From contig NC_045138.2 in assembly GCF_008831285.2 (NCBI RefSeq), positions 37,014,001 to 37,078,000 on the forward strand: 64,000 nt of DNA. Direction: 5' to 3'. The number at the start of each line of letters is the position of its first letter. Positions within the stretch are counted from its first letter, which is position 1. Shown here piece by piece: positions 36,405 to 47,868 of this stretch. The position numbers and the translations under genes were made by a program. Origin of the DNA: Nymphaea colorata (taxonomy: Eukaryota). The notes beneath the pieces were generated by a model that did no database searches, had not been told where the DNA came from, and was given only the letters and a program-made list of their open reading frames with translations.

Positions 36405-39034
36405 ATGAGGAAGAAGCTCGACACTCGCTTCCCGGCGGTACGGTTTCCATTCCCGCCTTTCTTCTTCTAATTTTCTTCCTTCCTTTTGTTGCTTGTTTTA
36501 TCTGATTTCGTTTTGAGCTTCTTGTTCTGGTCGATTTTGGATGCGTTCTTTTCTGTTATTTGCGGCTTGCCCTTCTTGTACTTCTAGGGTTCTTTTCTGG
36601 CAGAGGCTTAGTGTAGGGTTTTTGATTAATTTTAGTGATTATGGATTGCGATGATGGACGTGGTGGGGATTGTGATGGCCGCTCTGAAATTTAGTGTAGA
36701 ATTTGGCACGTTGAACTTCACCATGGTTTCATGGCGGCTTTTGGTCATTCTTAGGTTTTTGGATGTGGTCGCCAGCATGGCTGCCTGGGAGACGTCGATC
36801 TAGAAACGAAAGCCAGTGTTTGGTGGGGGTTGATCTTTGCGTTGGACATACTTGTCTCTTGCTTGCCATCTCTTTCCTGAAGTTCCTGAAGATTTCTTCT
36901 CTTTGAATGATTCGATTTTGTGCAGTACTAAGTTTGGTTTCATTTGTTGCGTGGGGGCAGCTTGAAATGTTGCATAACTGATCTGCAACAGTGGTTCCTT
37001 TGCCTCTTTCAACTGCTGTTTTGTTGATTTGTCGCAAATAACAAACAACTTGTCAGTAAGAGGCTTTATTCTGAAGGAACTTTATCGTTATCTGTTGTTG
37101 CAGTGCAACGGTTGCACTGGCCTAGCAATTTTACAATTTGACTCTTCGGTGAAATGTTGAGATAAAGATAAAGGGAGGTTTAGGGATCTCACCTTCTCAA
37201 ATCTGCTAACAAACTTAACTAACCTAAACATGTTCACTTTACTGTATTCTTTTTTTTTAAAAAAATAATTTACGAGTAGGATAATAGTTGCAGTAGACCT
37301 GCTTAGTCCTTTCATAGGGAGCCAATCAAATTGGACGTAGTATTGCTTATTGAGCAGTTTGAGTTGACACTGCTGGAAGGTGGACCGTGTAGTACTCCTA
37401 GACTAACTGTGGGTAAATTTTAAACTAAGCTGATTAGGAGTATTAAGCTTAATACTGACATGCTGAACAACTTCAGTTTTGTGTCATTGTGTGTGCTGAG
37501 TCAGAGTGTAAGTTGGTGGTGGTTGTGGTTCTGATCTGAGTGGCAGTGTCACTGTGGCACCAGCTACTTGTAACACAATGACGTCTTATTCAATAATGTC
37601 TGGGTTATTTTGAAATTTTTGTTACTGAGACCTGCTTGAATGTTGAATCAGCAACAGCAATACCAGCAAGAAATTGAGAATATTATTTTGCCTCACATTC
37701 TAAACAATAAAATGGTGAAACAATATCATTTTTTAACTTATCACTTTTTCCATTTCATATGATGAAAGCCAAGTTTTTTTATTCTTTAGGATATTTGACA
37801 TGTTTATGTCATCTTGTTCTCCCTGTTTTGCAATATTTGAAGATTCATGAATTTTTTTTATCCTTAGAAGAGCTACCTTCATCTTCTTTCTGGTCTAGTG
37901 CATATTTTTCAAAATCAACACTATGAATGGCATTCTAGCAGCTACCTTGCCTTGAAAATTATGATCAGATATGTTTTAGAATTTAAAACTTTTATATTCT
38001 TTGTTCAGATTGAGTTTGGTTCTTGCATGACTAATGCTTAGCATTATGACATTGCTTTGTGCTTTTGAAAAAAAGTAGGTAAATAGATCACCTAAGCATA
38101 AGAAGATATTCTAATCTTGGTAATAAACTGTATCCAATGTTCATAACCTTGTGATAAAAAAGGATATGCCTATTCCAAATTGTTCTCTGTAAATTTGTGT
38201 TACATGGAGGTGCACCCAAGTTTTGTGGCCCTTAAATTTAGGGATCAGATTTATTGGCAAAATTATTGGTTGAACCCAAATGAAGCCTCATTGCTTTTCG
38301 TCAATGGACATCACTAGTCAATTTTATGCTTTCCATAAGAGGATTTCAAACTGTATAATGACACTCACTTCAAGTAGTTCTCAGATTTTACCCGAGAAGT
38401 GCATTCTTGGTGTTTTGTGAGTGATATTTTGATGTTCTCCTGAATCATAGGACTGTTTTTTTAATAGTCTTGTTGAGGCTTCTAGATATTTCTGTATATT
38501 TAGCGCTTGATTTGTTTTCTTGGTTATTAACTTAATTGAGGTCACCATTCATGCAGAAAATGGCCCTCTGAAATGGCTGGTTGTCTTTATTCATAAGAAC
38601 TGATTAATCTCATTAAAGTCGGGATGTCATAAGTGAAATTTAAATTGATTGGCAGTATCCTGTTTATGTTACATTGTCCTTCACGGGAACCTAAAATTTT
38701 CAATCTTTATTTCACTAATCAAATATAACCTGATCAAGCAATCAGGTAAACTATTAATTTCACTGAAATGAAAAACAAGGGTTTGAATTTATGAAATTCC
38801 AAAAGAATCTATGAACTTGGTGCTTTATATCTTGATGGCAAGGAAATTATAGCTGTTGGATTGCACATGGACCTGATTTAGTCTATTTTTTCAAAACTGG
38901 GAGGTCCGGCACAGATCATTCAAGACCTTAAAAAGATTTACAGGGACTAGTTGGTCTGACTAGGTCCAAGTTGATTGGCTATAAATAAATAAATACATGC
39001 ACTTGTTCATATATTTATATGGAATTAAATACAG

Positions 39035-39086
<52 letters not shown>

Positions 39087-42000
39087 AGAGGGATTAGTCA
39101 GCTGATGAACAACTACACTAACTGATTGACTAGTCTGAACTACTAGTTGCTGGTTTGAAACACAGGTCTGTCAATTACTGACTTAGTCGACTGGTTGGAC
39201 TAGTCGGCCAACTAGTTGGGAATTTGACAAGTAAGATAAATTTCTGTGTCTTTGACTGTATATGCATAGCTGTGTCTGTACATGCCCTTGACTCTTCTAT
39301 GCACATTCATATTGCAAAAACCCGATAACTTGTTCCTACTCTGCAACATGATCATTTAGTACATTCATGGTCTTGTGTTTTTTTTTTTTTTTTTAAAAAA
39401 GAATGCTTCAATAGGCAACATGGTTATGCAAAGGATAAAAATCAGTTTTTGAATTGGATGTCTTCAGAGCACCACGGATTTATGTAATATTGTAGAACAT
39501 GAATACATACCCAAGATATAGCAGGTAACATGTTTAGAGTCTTTAGACCAACAAAAAGCCAGATGATTGTTGTTAGATTGATCAGTTTTATCTGAGCCTT
39601 TCCTTGAACATTTTGAAGTTTTAATCTTTATTAGTAAGTAAGCAATGTTAATATTGACTGCTATTGCATCAATGCCATGATGGCATAGGCATGCCATAGT
39701 GTTGGTTAAACCTTACTAGCTAGTGCTAGCTATTATCAGTATCCCACGGATGTCTCATTGCTTTCAAATGTTTTTTGCTTTTCTCTTTTTAAATTTTCAA
39801 ATGAATATTTTCTCAATAGATTTCATATTTTCAAGGCCAAACAGACTGTTAATCACATCTCATGTGTTTGCTTTTTATTTTTGCAGTCTCGAATAAAAAA
39901 GATTATGCAAGCTGATGAAGATGTCGGAAAAATTGCTATGGCAGTGCCAGTTTTAGTGTGTAAGGAATATTATTCACTTTTTGTTTGTTCATGTTGAAGA
40001 TGCCAAAAAGTTCTCTTTTTTTAGACGTTGTCTGGTAAAGGGATTGAGGTTGACTCTGGCTAGGAGCAAGCTTTTCTCTCTCACTTTTACGTACTTTTTC
40101 TTTCTCGCCCTCTCTCTTTTTTCTTTCTTACCCTAAAGAACTATTCTCTCCACCATGCCGATCCTAGGGAGGATTGGAGACCTAAAAAACTAGTCCCCAA
40201 GTGGGACTAACTTTTTCATCTGATATTGACAAGAACAAAAATGGAGGGGCTGTTCTCATTAGAGTTTTTCGTCTGACATCAACAAGAACAAAAATGCAGG
40301 GGCTATAGTTTATGCAGGAGAACAAGTAATTTGGTTAAGAGGTCTTATTTACAGTTTTTTAGTGTTTTCTTTGTTCATTCAACTGTAGCGATCAGTGGCA
40401 TACTCTTCTCCTGGTTGTTCATCTCGTATGCAACATAAAAGTACTGGTTTTTTTAAATGAAAGGGGACCGAAAAACATTCAAAAAGTACTGTTTTTTTAT
40501 CCCTTTCTACAGATATATGCAAATTCTGCTGTATAGGCTTTTGATTAAGATGCCTTTTTGGTGCTTGTCTGGCATTATTTGAGTTTTGAACTAATCATTC
40601 TTGCAGCAAAAGCACTGGAATTGTTTCTTCAAGATCTTTGTGATCGAACATATGAGATCACTTTGCAAAGAGGAGCAAAGACAATGAATTCTCTACATCT
40701 GTAAGTCTTTTGTTGCTTTTTACTGCTTTTTTCTTTTGTCGCAGTGCTTTTGGTATGCACAGAGGCTGTAGAGTATGATGAACGACAATGGTATATGTGA
40801 AATTTGATTGTTCATCTCTGAGTTTCTGGGTAGCTGCAGCCTGTTTGTGTCATTTATGGGGACTGGACATTCGTAATCCTGTTGGCATCCAAAATTTTAG
40901 TAGAACTGGCCCTTTCCTGAGGAGTGAGCTTCTTGATGATGATCTCATCAAACCTCATGCTGTTATTTCTTGGGATTTAGGTGTTACTGGTAAATCATGC
41001 GATCAAGTGATTGGACACTTGATTATCTTTACAAACAGATGCTTGTTTTGCTTTGAAGATCTTTTCCACTGTATTTTCTGGACACTGATGAAGTTATTTA
41101 TGGAATTCTTCCTATTTGTCCTTCAATTGGTGTGGAATCGCCATTCGATATTCTGCCATGATTTGTTACAAGTTTTCCTTTTACAATTATTATGGGGTCT
41201 GTCCGATCACGTAAGCTTCATTGATGAGTTGAGCACACTACATAGGACATAAATGTTGACGTTTGTAACTCCTATTTTCAGGAAGCAATGTGTGCAAAGC
41301 TTCAGTGTCTTTGACTTCTTGAGAGAAATTGTGAACAAAGTTCCGGACCTTGGTGGTGCTGATGCTGGAGGTGATGAGAGACATCTACCTAGAAGAAGGT
41401 AAAATGATATTATGCATGAATTCACAAACAACGCATCTCATGTCAGAAACAAATGGTTAATTGATTGCTAGTTCCATAATCAAATCAAACATAAATTAAC
41501 ACCTTTGTCAATTTATCAGGAGAGTTCCAGATGATGAAGATGGTAGCGAGGACGAGCCCAAAAAGATGAAGACTGTAAGTACCATCATTGTTCCAATTGC
41601 TTTCTCGCGGTCTGACTATTCATTTGTGTAAATATGATCTTATTACCATCATTTTCTTATGCATTTCTAATATGCGGGATTGGAATAAGGAAATAAAATG
41701 TCGTTTTCTGCACACACTTATTTCCTCCTAGCGATAGGTAAAAACTGAACAATGAGGTTTGAAGAAGATAAGTAGACATGGTTCGGTTTTGGAGATCTTA
41801 GGCTTGATTAGACGAGGTTCATCCAGATGCTGAACATCAGAAGCTTAGAGGGGCAAAAACGCAGTTGAAAAAAGTGAAAGTAGCCACAATCTCTTACAAT
41901 GGAACTCAAGAGATCTTTAGTGCTGAATTCAACACCATTTCTAAACATAATGGTACTCAACATTCTGGGACTGTGTATGTTAGTCTAACATCTGGTCAGC

Positions 42001-42829
42001 ATTATGAAGTTTTCGTCTTATTCCTGCAGTAAGTCTGGGCAGAAGCCTTATGTCTATGCTGTATTTTGTCAGGCTGACATGGGGCAATCTATCTGCCCCA
42101 GGTATGCACAACTATGTGTGAACTCGAGCTGAACTGAAATTGGTTCACATCATGTGATCTCAAAATATATGACTCTTGAAGTACCTTGCACATTAGTTCT
42201 TTGTCTTCTCATTGGTGGTAGCCACCACAATGTTCTGTGTTCATTATCTTCTTTTCCTGACAAACCTTTTAGTGATTAATAAGGGCCCCAAAAATCTTTG
42301 TGGGACATAGATGGTATGTGCACTGTTGTATCGCCAGAAATTGTTTATCCTGTAAACGTTCTTTTCAATGTTGCAACAGGATGCGCCACATAGTGGTGGT
42401 AGAGGACGTGGGCGGGGCAGAGGAAGAGGCCGAGGTCGCGGTAGGACAAGTGGAAGAGACAGCATTCACTTTGAAAAATGTGAAGATGATGTTGATCTTC
42501 CCCCTGAAAGTGGAGATAAACCCTCTTCTAAAAGGTTAGATGATGGAGTTGAGGCAAGACCAAAGGAAAATGCATCTTCGGATGCAAACAACCCTGGCCT
42601 TAGAAACTTTGACCTCAATATCGACTTGGATGAAAATGGTAACACTTCCGCGGCTTCTACATCTGCTTCTGTTTCCATTTCCACAGCAGAAGTGGAACTG
42701 AAACATGAGGAGTACCCTGGATGGTCGCTATCCGAGATGAACAAAATACGGATTGACCCTTTGCAGCTCGCACAGCTCACTAGGCACACTGACGAAGACG
42801 AGGAAGATTATGACAATGAAGAAGGATGA
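36405..42829 (+). CDS. DRAP1: Dr1-associated corepressor / NC2-alpha (histone-fold, NF-YC11-like), ~273 aa
   Basis: Six exons: 36405-36437, 39887-39959, 40607-40700, 41282-41398, 41520-41574, 42380-42829 (822 nt). The histone fold reads MRKKLDTRFPASRIKKIMQADEDVGKIAMAVPVLVSKALELFLQDLCDRTYEIT. It is followed by an RG repeat, FDLN and the plant C-terminal KHEEYPGWSL...DEEDYDNE. Confidence 0.96.
38880..39230. mobile_element. TE remnant with GACTAGTC/GACTAGTT subterminal repeats around a (TA)n(TATG)n tract, in DRAP1 intron 1
   Basis: Many GACTAG(T/G) motifs at ~38945-38965 and ~39125-39220 flank a microsatellite at ~39038-39086. Ends not defined. Confidence 0.4.
40212..40304. repeat. Imperfect direct repeat (~40-bp units, ~53-bp period) in DRAP1 intron 2
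   Basis: TTTTTCATCTGATATTGACAAGAACAAAAATGGAGGGGCT versus TTTTTCGTCTGACATCAACAAGAACAAAAATGCAGGGGCT. Confidence 0.8.
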
Positions 42830-44539
42830 CAAGCTAAGTCTCAGCTCTGTAACTTCATCCTGACCAATTGTTCTGTACTCCAAGCTAGGTCGTTAGGAAG
42901 GAAATAGCTCCCACATTACACGTCTTTTTCCCTCACCTGATATAGAAGAGAGGCTGAAAGCAGTTTTAGTCACTTCAGGAATTGTATTATAGTGTTTCAT
43001 AGCGTGGGAACAGTTCAAGAAAATGCTCGACATGGAGAATGCTCAAATGTTAAGCTTTCATTTCTCTAATTATTAAATGCTTGATTTGTTATAAAGGTCC
43101 ATGATGGGGATGACATCTTTTCTTCTCCTTTGCCGCGTACACATTCCTGTTACTTTCCACCCTTCGCTTTTGGTTTTTGGTGACGACCATGTAAGAACCT
43201 TTTCAGAGTCCTTTAGCAAAGCTAGTATGATCTCTAAACCTTCGGCACTTCAAATCTTCCTTTAGCCAAAAGGTAATTCCAGGTCATGATTGGCCAAACG
43301 TCCATCGCATTTTAGGCAACGGAGGCCACGATATGCCTAAATATTGGCCTATACTACTTTATGCGCCTAAATCCTTTAAATCGGTTAAAATGTCAAAGAG
43401 TTTATTGAACCTAACTTGGGGTGTATAGGGGCAGTATGCACCCAATTGAAATTGCATAAGTTTTCCTCTTGAAAAGCATAGCGGTTCGGCTTGGAGACAT
43501 TTTTCTTATAGAAACCGTGTTAGTTGCGTAGCTTGATGATTTGGTCCCGTAATTAATAGCCATCATTTGGACAACAAGGATCACATTAGCCGAGAAGCTT
43601 CAAAAGAAAATAGTTGCAAATGTAAATGTTTTGTGTGCACTAATGACAACTGATGCAGAAACAGTCAAGGTACAGAGAGAGAGAGAGAGGAAGAAGCAGA
43701 GATTTGTGACAAACTGAATGTTTGGTGGCGCTATATAGATTTCAACACTGCAAAATGAAAATGAAACCAGCAAAGAAATAAGAGCAACTTGTTCGCAATT
43801 GTGATAGGTTTTTTCTTTTTTCTTTTCCTCCTTGCCAGCTTAAGTTAAGCAGTGGTCGACATAAATTTTGGTTTATGTTGTTGTAAGAACAGCGAAGCCA
43901 TAATTTTTTATGAAGGGGCACTTGAGTTACCAGCCGAGCTCTGAAGGGGTGCTTTATGTGATTTTGAATTCATGACAATGTAATTTATTTCTCCCATGAA
44001 ACTTTTGATGGACTGGTGCACGCCACACGGTCCCCATGTATCTATGTAGATTTATGCTGAAATTTATAGTTCCTCAAAGTCAGGAATTCTAGTGAATCCA
44101 AACTTGAGATTCGCGATTTGCTGTTGTGCTGTTCAAAACTAGGTGCATCTAATAGCAAAGAGGGCGTCTAATCTTGAACCCATGACGAATTTTGAAGGAG
44201 CTAAAATAGGCTGGAGGAAACTAAAGTTATTAAATACCTATATGATTTTGATTTATTGACCGAGCTGCTTTATAATGTTGCACTCACACCTTTTTTACCG
44301 ACTTCAATTTATAGACAGATTCAAGAACACATGCTTGGTTTTGATTGACTACGTCCAGTTTGCCCCAATGATCCCCTTCGCTATCGAGTCCCTCCAAGTT
44401 TCCAACGAGACTCTGGCAGCAAATATTGGATCGTCTCGCAGCTTTTGACTCGACAAAATAAGTGTCAAAAGTTTCTCTCTCTCTGTCTCTCTCACTCTCT
44501 CTCTCCCTCTCTTTTTGCTAGTTGCTTCTGCACGGGAAG

Positions 44540-45118
44540 ATGGCATCCGGCAAGCCCAACGGGAAACCTAATGGAGAAGACGACGACATCAGAGCAAAGG
44601 AAGCCGCTGTTGCAAAAACCGCCGGATTCGTGGTTTTCTCCGGCATTGCCATGAGTCTCATCAAGGCCCTCGCCCCCAAGAAACAATCTTCGCCACCAAC
44701 ATTACCATCACCGCCACCACCATCGCCTTCAGTAGACCTCTCGACCAAGGTAAAATGAGAGAAAGAAAACTAGTGAAGTACATCAGTTGACATTCAAATC
44801 ACAGTGTGGGTACCTCATATTATGCTTTCTCTATTCGACCAGGAACCGAAAACTCAACAAGGTCGAGGCTCTCAGACGATCGAGATTGTGAAAGGAGACA
44901 CTCTTTGGGGGCTCTCTAAGAGATATGGGGTGCGTTCCTCTGCTGTCCTTTTTTCCCTTGCCGTCTTGCTTCTTATATCTGTGTACTTCTTTGCCACTTT
45001 GAGAGCTGTGTTCTTGGTTTTCATATATTTCCTTCAGGTTTCGATAGATGCGATCAAGGAGGCAAATGGTTTATCAAGCGACACCATCTACGCCGGGAAG
45101 AAGCTCATTATTCCATGA
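44540..45118 (+). CDS. Small LysM-domain protein with N-proximal hydrophobic segment and Pro-rich linker, ~125 aa
   Basis: Three exons: 44540-44749, 44843-44929, 45038-45118 (378 nt, GT-AG, all phase 0). The spliced C-terminus IEIVKGDTLWGLSKRYGVSIDAIKEANGLSSDTIYAGKKLIIP is a canonical LysM (GDTLW..S.RYGVS...I...N.......G..L.IP). Confidence 0.93.
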
Positions 45119-46179
45119 ACTCCATTTTCGTCGTCTGTTTGTCATCTTCTTCCATGTTGACATCCTCGTTACTCAAGGCCTTACTCTTAATGGTGCTTCG
45201 GGTGTCGGTTTGTTGTAGCGAACAAATTGCATGTGTGTGTATCTGTGTTTCTATTGGTATGTTCATTTTTCCCCCTTCGATACAGTTTCTTGCTTTTGCC
45301 TTCTCAAAGGCTGCGAGGTCTGATCTTTTGCTTTTCACAGCTGAACTTAATTGTGAAATGAATAAGAGAGAGATCCGTTGTCTGCTTTCTTTACAATCAT
45401 CACAATCAGATTCTAGGAGGGTGTAATAGTAATCATCCACAAATGAGCTTTGGAGTTTCAAATCTGGACAGATGCGTGGAGCACAGTTCAACTTTCTGTG
45501 TTTTTTTCTATTCAATCACATAAAGTGGATGGCTGGAACAAGGTTTTAAAAGTATTTCCTTTTGCGCCAAAAAAGTTAAAGCCAACAATTGAAGCTTTTG
45601 CCGGATTTTCAAGTTCATACCTGGATGAAGGCAGGAAAACTTTACATAGAGAACATGTGGTAAGGTTTCCTAGTGCCATGCAGGGGCCTTTGTATACCCG
45701 CAGTTCCGATTCTGCTCGGACATGTCAATGTAATTTTTACTAAAGAGTACTTTTTCTTATCACTTTAAAGCCGGTATGAACAATGTGAAAACGACGTGTT
45801 ATCACAAGTTGGCGTTCCTTTTCCTATATATCATGGCGCTTGAATGACTTGGAAGCTAAGTGTTAATCATCTACAGTATTTCATCTAAATTGGCCTCCTT
45901 AATAACTATATACGTAGTGCTTACCCAGAAACAGAACGTTCATCATACAAATGAATAACGGGGGCAAAAAAGGAAGAAAAACGCATATAATATGGCTCCT
46001 TAAAACGAAGCATCTACTGCGAGTTGATACTTAATGATATTCTCAGTAGGAAACAAAAACCGACCTAACGATCTCGATTTGTGAGGACCTAATGATCACA
46101 ACAGCAATGATCGATTGATAGTTAACAACATAAAGATGGCTTCTAAAAGGCCAGAAGGAGGTACTTAAGAAAAACCAGT

Positions 46180-47838
46180 CTACTGCTCTACTTTAAGATC
46201 CTGAAGCTTGGACTCTAGTTCCTCTCCTGCTTCGGCTTCACCGTCCTCAGCAGCCTTTGATGACTCCTCTTCCTCTTCGTCCTCGTCGCCACCCTCTGGG
46301 TCATTCTCATCCAATGGTCCAAGCACAGAAATTGAGTTTGAACCAGCCTTCAATATATCTTTTACTTCATCGATTCCTTCCTCTGATATGAAATTGCCAT
46401 CAATGTTTAGCAGTGCAAAACCAGGCTTGTTAGCAACTGCCTGAGCAGAAACCTTGGCTCCCACCCGCCTGATAGAGTTGGAACTTAAATCAAGTTCCTT
46501 TAGATTATCATGACCTCCTTCCAACGCTTTACAAAGCACCAAGCATCCTTCATCCTTTAGTTCATTCTCAGACAAGTTCAACTTTTCCAGGGATTGGTTG
46601 GTAGCAACACATGCAGCCAGGGAACCCGCAGATTTAACAGTGATCTCATTGCCTGCTAATTCTAGTACCCTAAGCGTTGAAGTAGAACCCTTGAGGGCAT
46701 TGGAAATGGCAATGGTCCCCTCATCTTCCAAATTCAAGTAACTCAAGTAGAGTTCTGCAAGATTTGCATGTACACTAACAGATTTACTCAAAGCTACTCC
46801 AGCCTCTACTCCAAACATGTTATCTCGGAGATCCAACTTCTTTATATTTTTGCAGGCAGACAAAGCATTGGCCAATGCAATACCACCATCAGAACCCACC
46901 CTTGTGGAAGAACACCGGAAATCTTCCAAGGCAGCAGAACTTTGGACAATCTCAGAAAGGGACACAGCACCATCATCCCCAGTCATATTGTTGTGGAAGT
47001 GCAATACCTTGAGCTTGTCAGTGGATGGAAGGAGTTCACGTATGGCTTGAGCTGCTTCCTCAGAGATACCGTTGTTCATGAAGTACAGCTCCTCCAAGTC
47101 CCGTTGTGATTGCAGTAACGCTCCAAATGCCCTAACACCCTTCTCACCAAGAGCGTTGTTTGAAAGATCAAGATATCTCAGCAGGCAACCTTCCAGGGAA
47201 GACGAGAATATTGACATGACCTCAAGAGCGTCAGTCTCCGGCCTTCCTGCAATAAAATCAGAAAGATCAACCTCGGTTAGCTGACCCCTAAGAGACCTTA
47301 GGATAGGTTCGGCAACACGGGCAGCATCAACTCCAAAGCTTCTGTTGCTGAAGCATATCTTAGTGTATGAATTCCCTGTTTCTGCTAATGGGCTCAAGAG
47401 CTCCTGCGCTTCAGATCCATCAATAAAAGCACGAGAACCTCCAGATATGTCGAAAACAGTTTTTCTAGGAACTCCGTTATCAATGCTTCTTGGAACTTCA
47501 GGTCCTTGAGTGTCCTTGGAACCCTTTGGCCCTCTTTTCAAAACTTCAAGCATAAGTTTACTGGATTCCTTGGCATACAGTTGTACAGCAGAACTGCCAT
47601 CACCATCAGGCTCTTTCTCATGGTGTTCATTGGCAGCAGCAAATGCCACATCCTCAATTTGCTTGGCATTCTCTTCAGCCTCTTCAGGTGTCAAAAGGCC
47701 ATATTTCTTGGAAAAGATAGATACTGATGAAAGATTTTTTGTCATACGCTCAACCAGCATCAGTCGTGTTTTCTGGCTTGGAGGCCATAACTTGATCGTA
47801 AATGAGCGAGTGGAAAGAGCATCTGCCACTTTATCCAT
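46180..47838 (-). CDS. RANGAP: Ran GTPase-activating protein (WPP domain, LRRs, acidic tail), ~552 aa
   Basis: A single uninterrupted ORF from the ATG at 47838 (MDKVADALSTRSFTIKLWPPSQKTRLMLVERM). It contains WPP, KICFSNRSFG, DLSDFIAGRPE, repeated LxLxxNxLxxxG LRRs and a D/E-rich C-terminus. The track's start at 47865 is a non-ATG codon. Confidence 0.97.
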   Translation of the reverse strand: MDKVADALSTRSFTIKLWPPSQKTRLMLVERMTKNLSSVSIFSKKYGLLTPEEAEENAKQIEDVAFAAANEHHEKEPDGDGSSAVQLYAKESSKLMLEVLKRGPKGSKDTQGPEVPRSIDNGVPRKTVFDISGGSRAFIDGSEAQELLSPLAETGNSYTKICFSNRSFGVDAARVAEPILRSLRGQLTEVDLSDFIAGRPETDALEVMSIFSSSLEGCLLRYLDLSNNALGEKGVRAFGALLQSQRDLEELYFMNNGISEEAAQAIRELLPSTDKLKVLHFHNNMTGDDGAVSLSEIVQSSAALEDFRCSSTRVGSDGGIALANALSACKNIKKLDLRDNMFGVEAGVALSKSVSVHANLAELYLSYLNLEDEGTIAISNALKGSTSTLRVLELAGNEITVKSAGSLAACVATNQSLEKLNLSENELKDEGCLVLCKALEGGHDNLKELDLSSNSIRRVGAKVSAQAVANKPGFALLNIDGNFISEEGIDEVKDILKAGSNSISVLGPLDENDPEGGDEDEEEEESSKAAEDGEAEAGEELESKLQDLKVEQ

Positions 47839-47868
47839 TGCCCAAGCGTTCCTGGCACAGAACAATAT

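Noticed and set aside
45108..45515. ORFs overlapping the LysM stop codon (ATGA overlap) and the antisense 135-aa ORF
   Set aside because: The sequence has T-rich 3'-UTR composition, the translations have no recognisable domain, and no splice or promoter support is visible.
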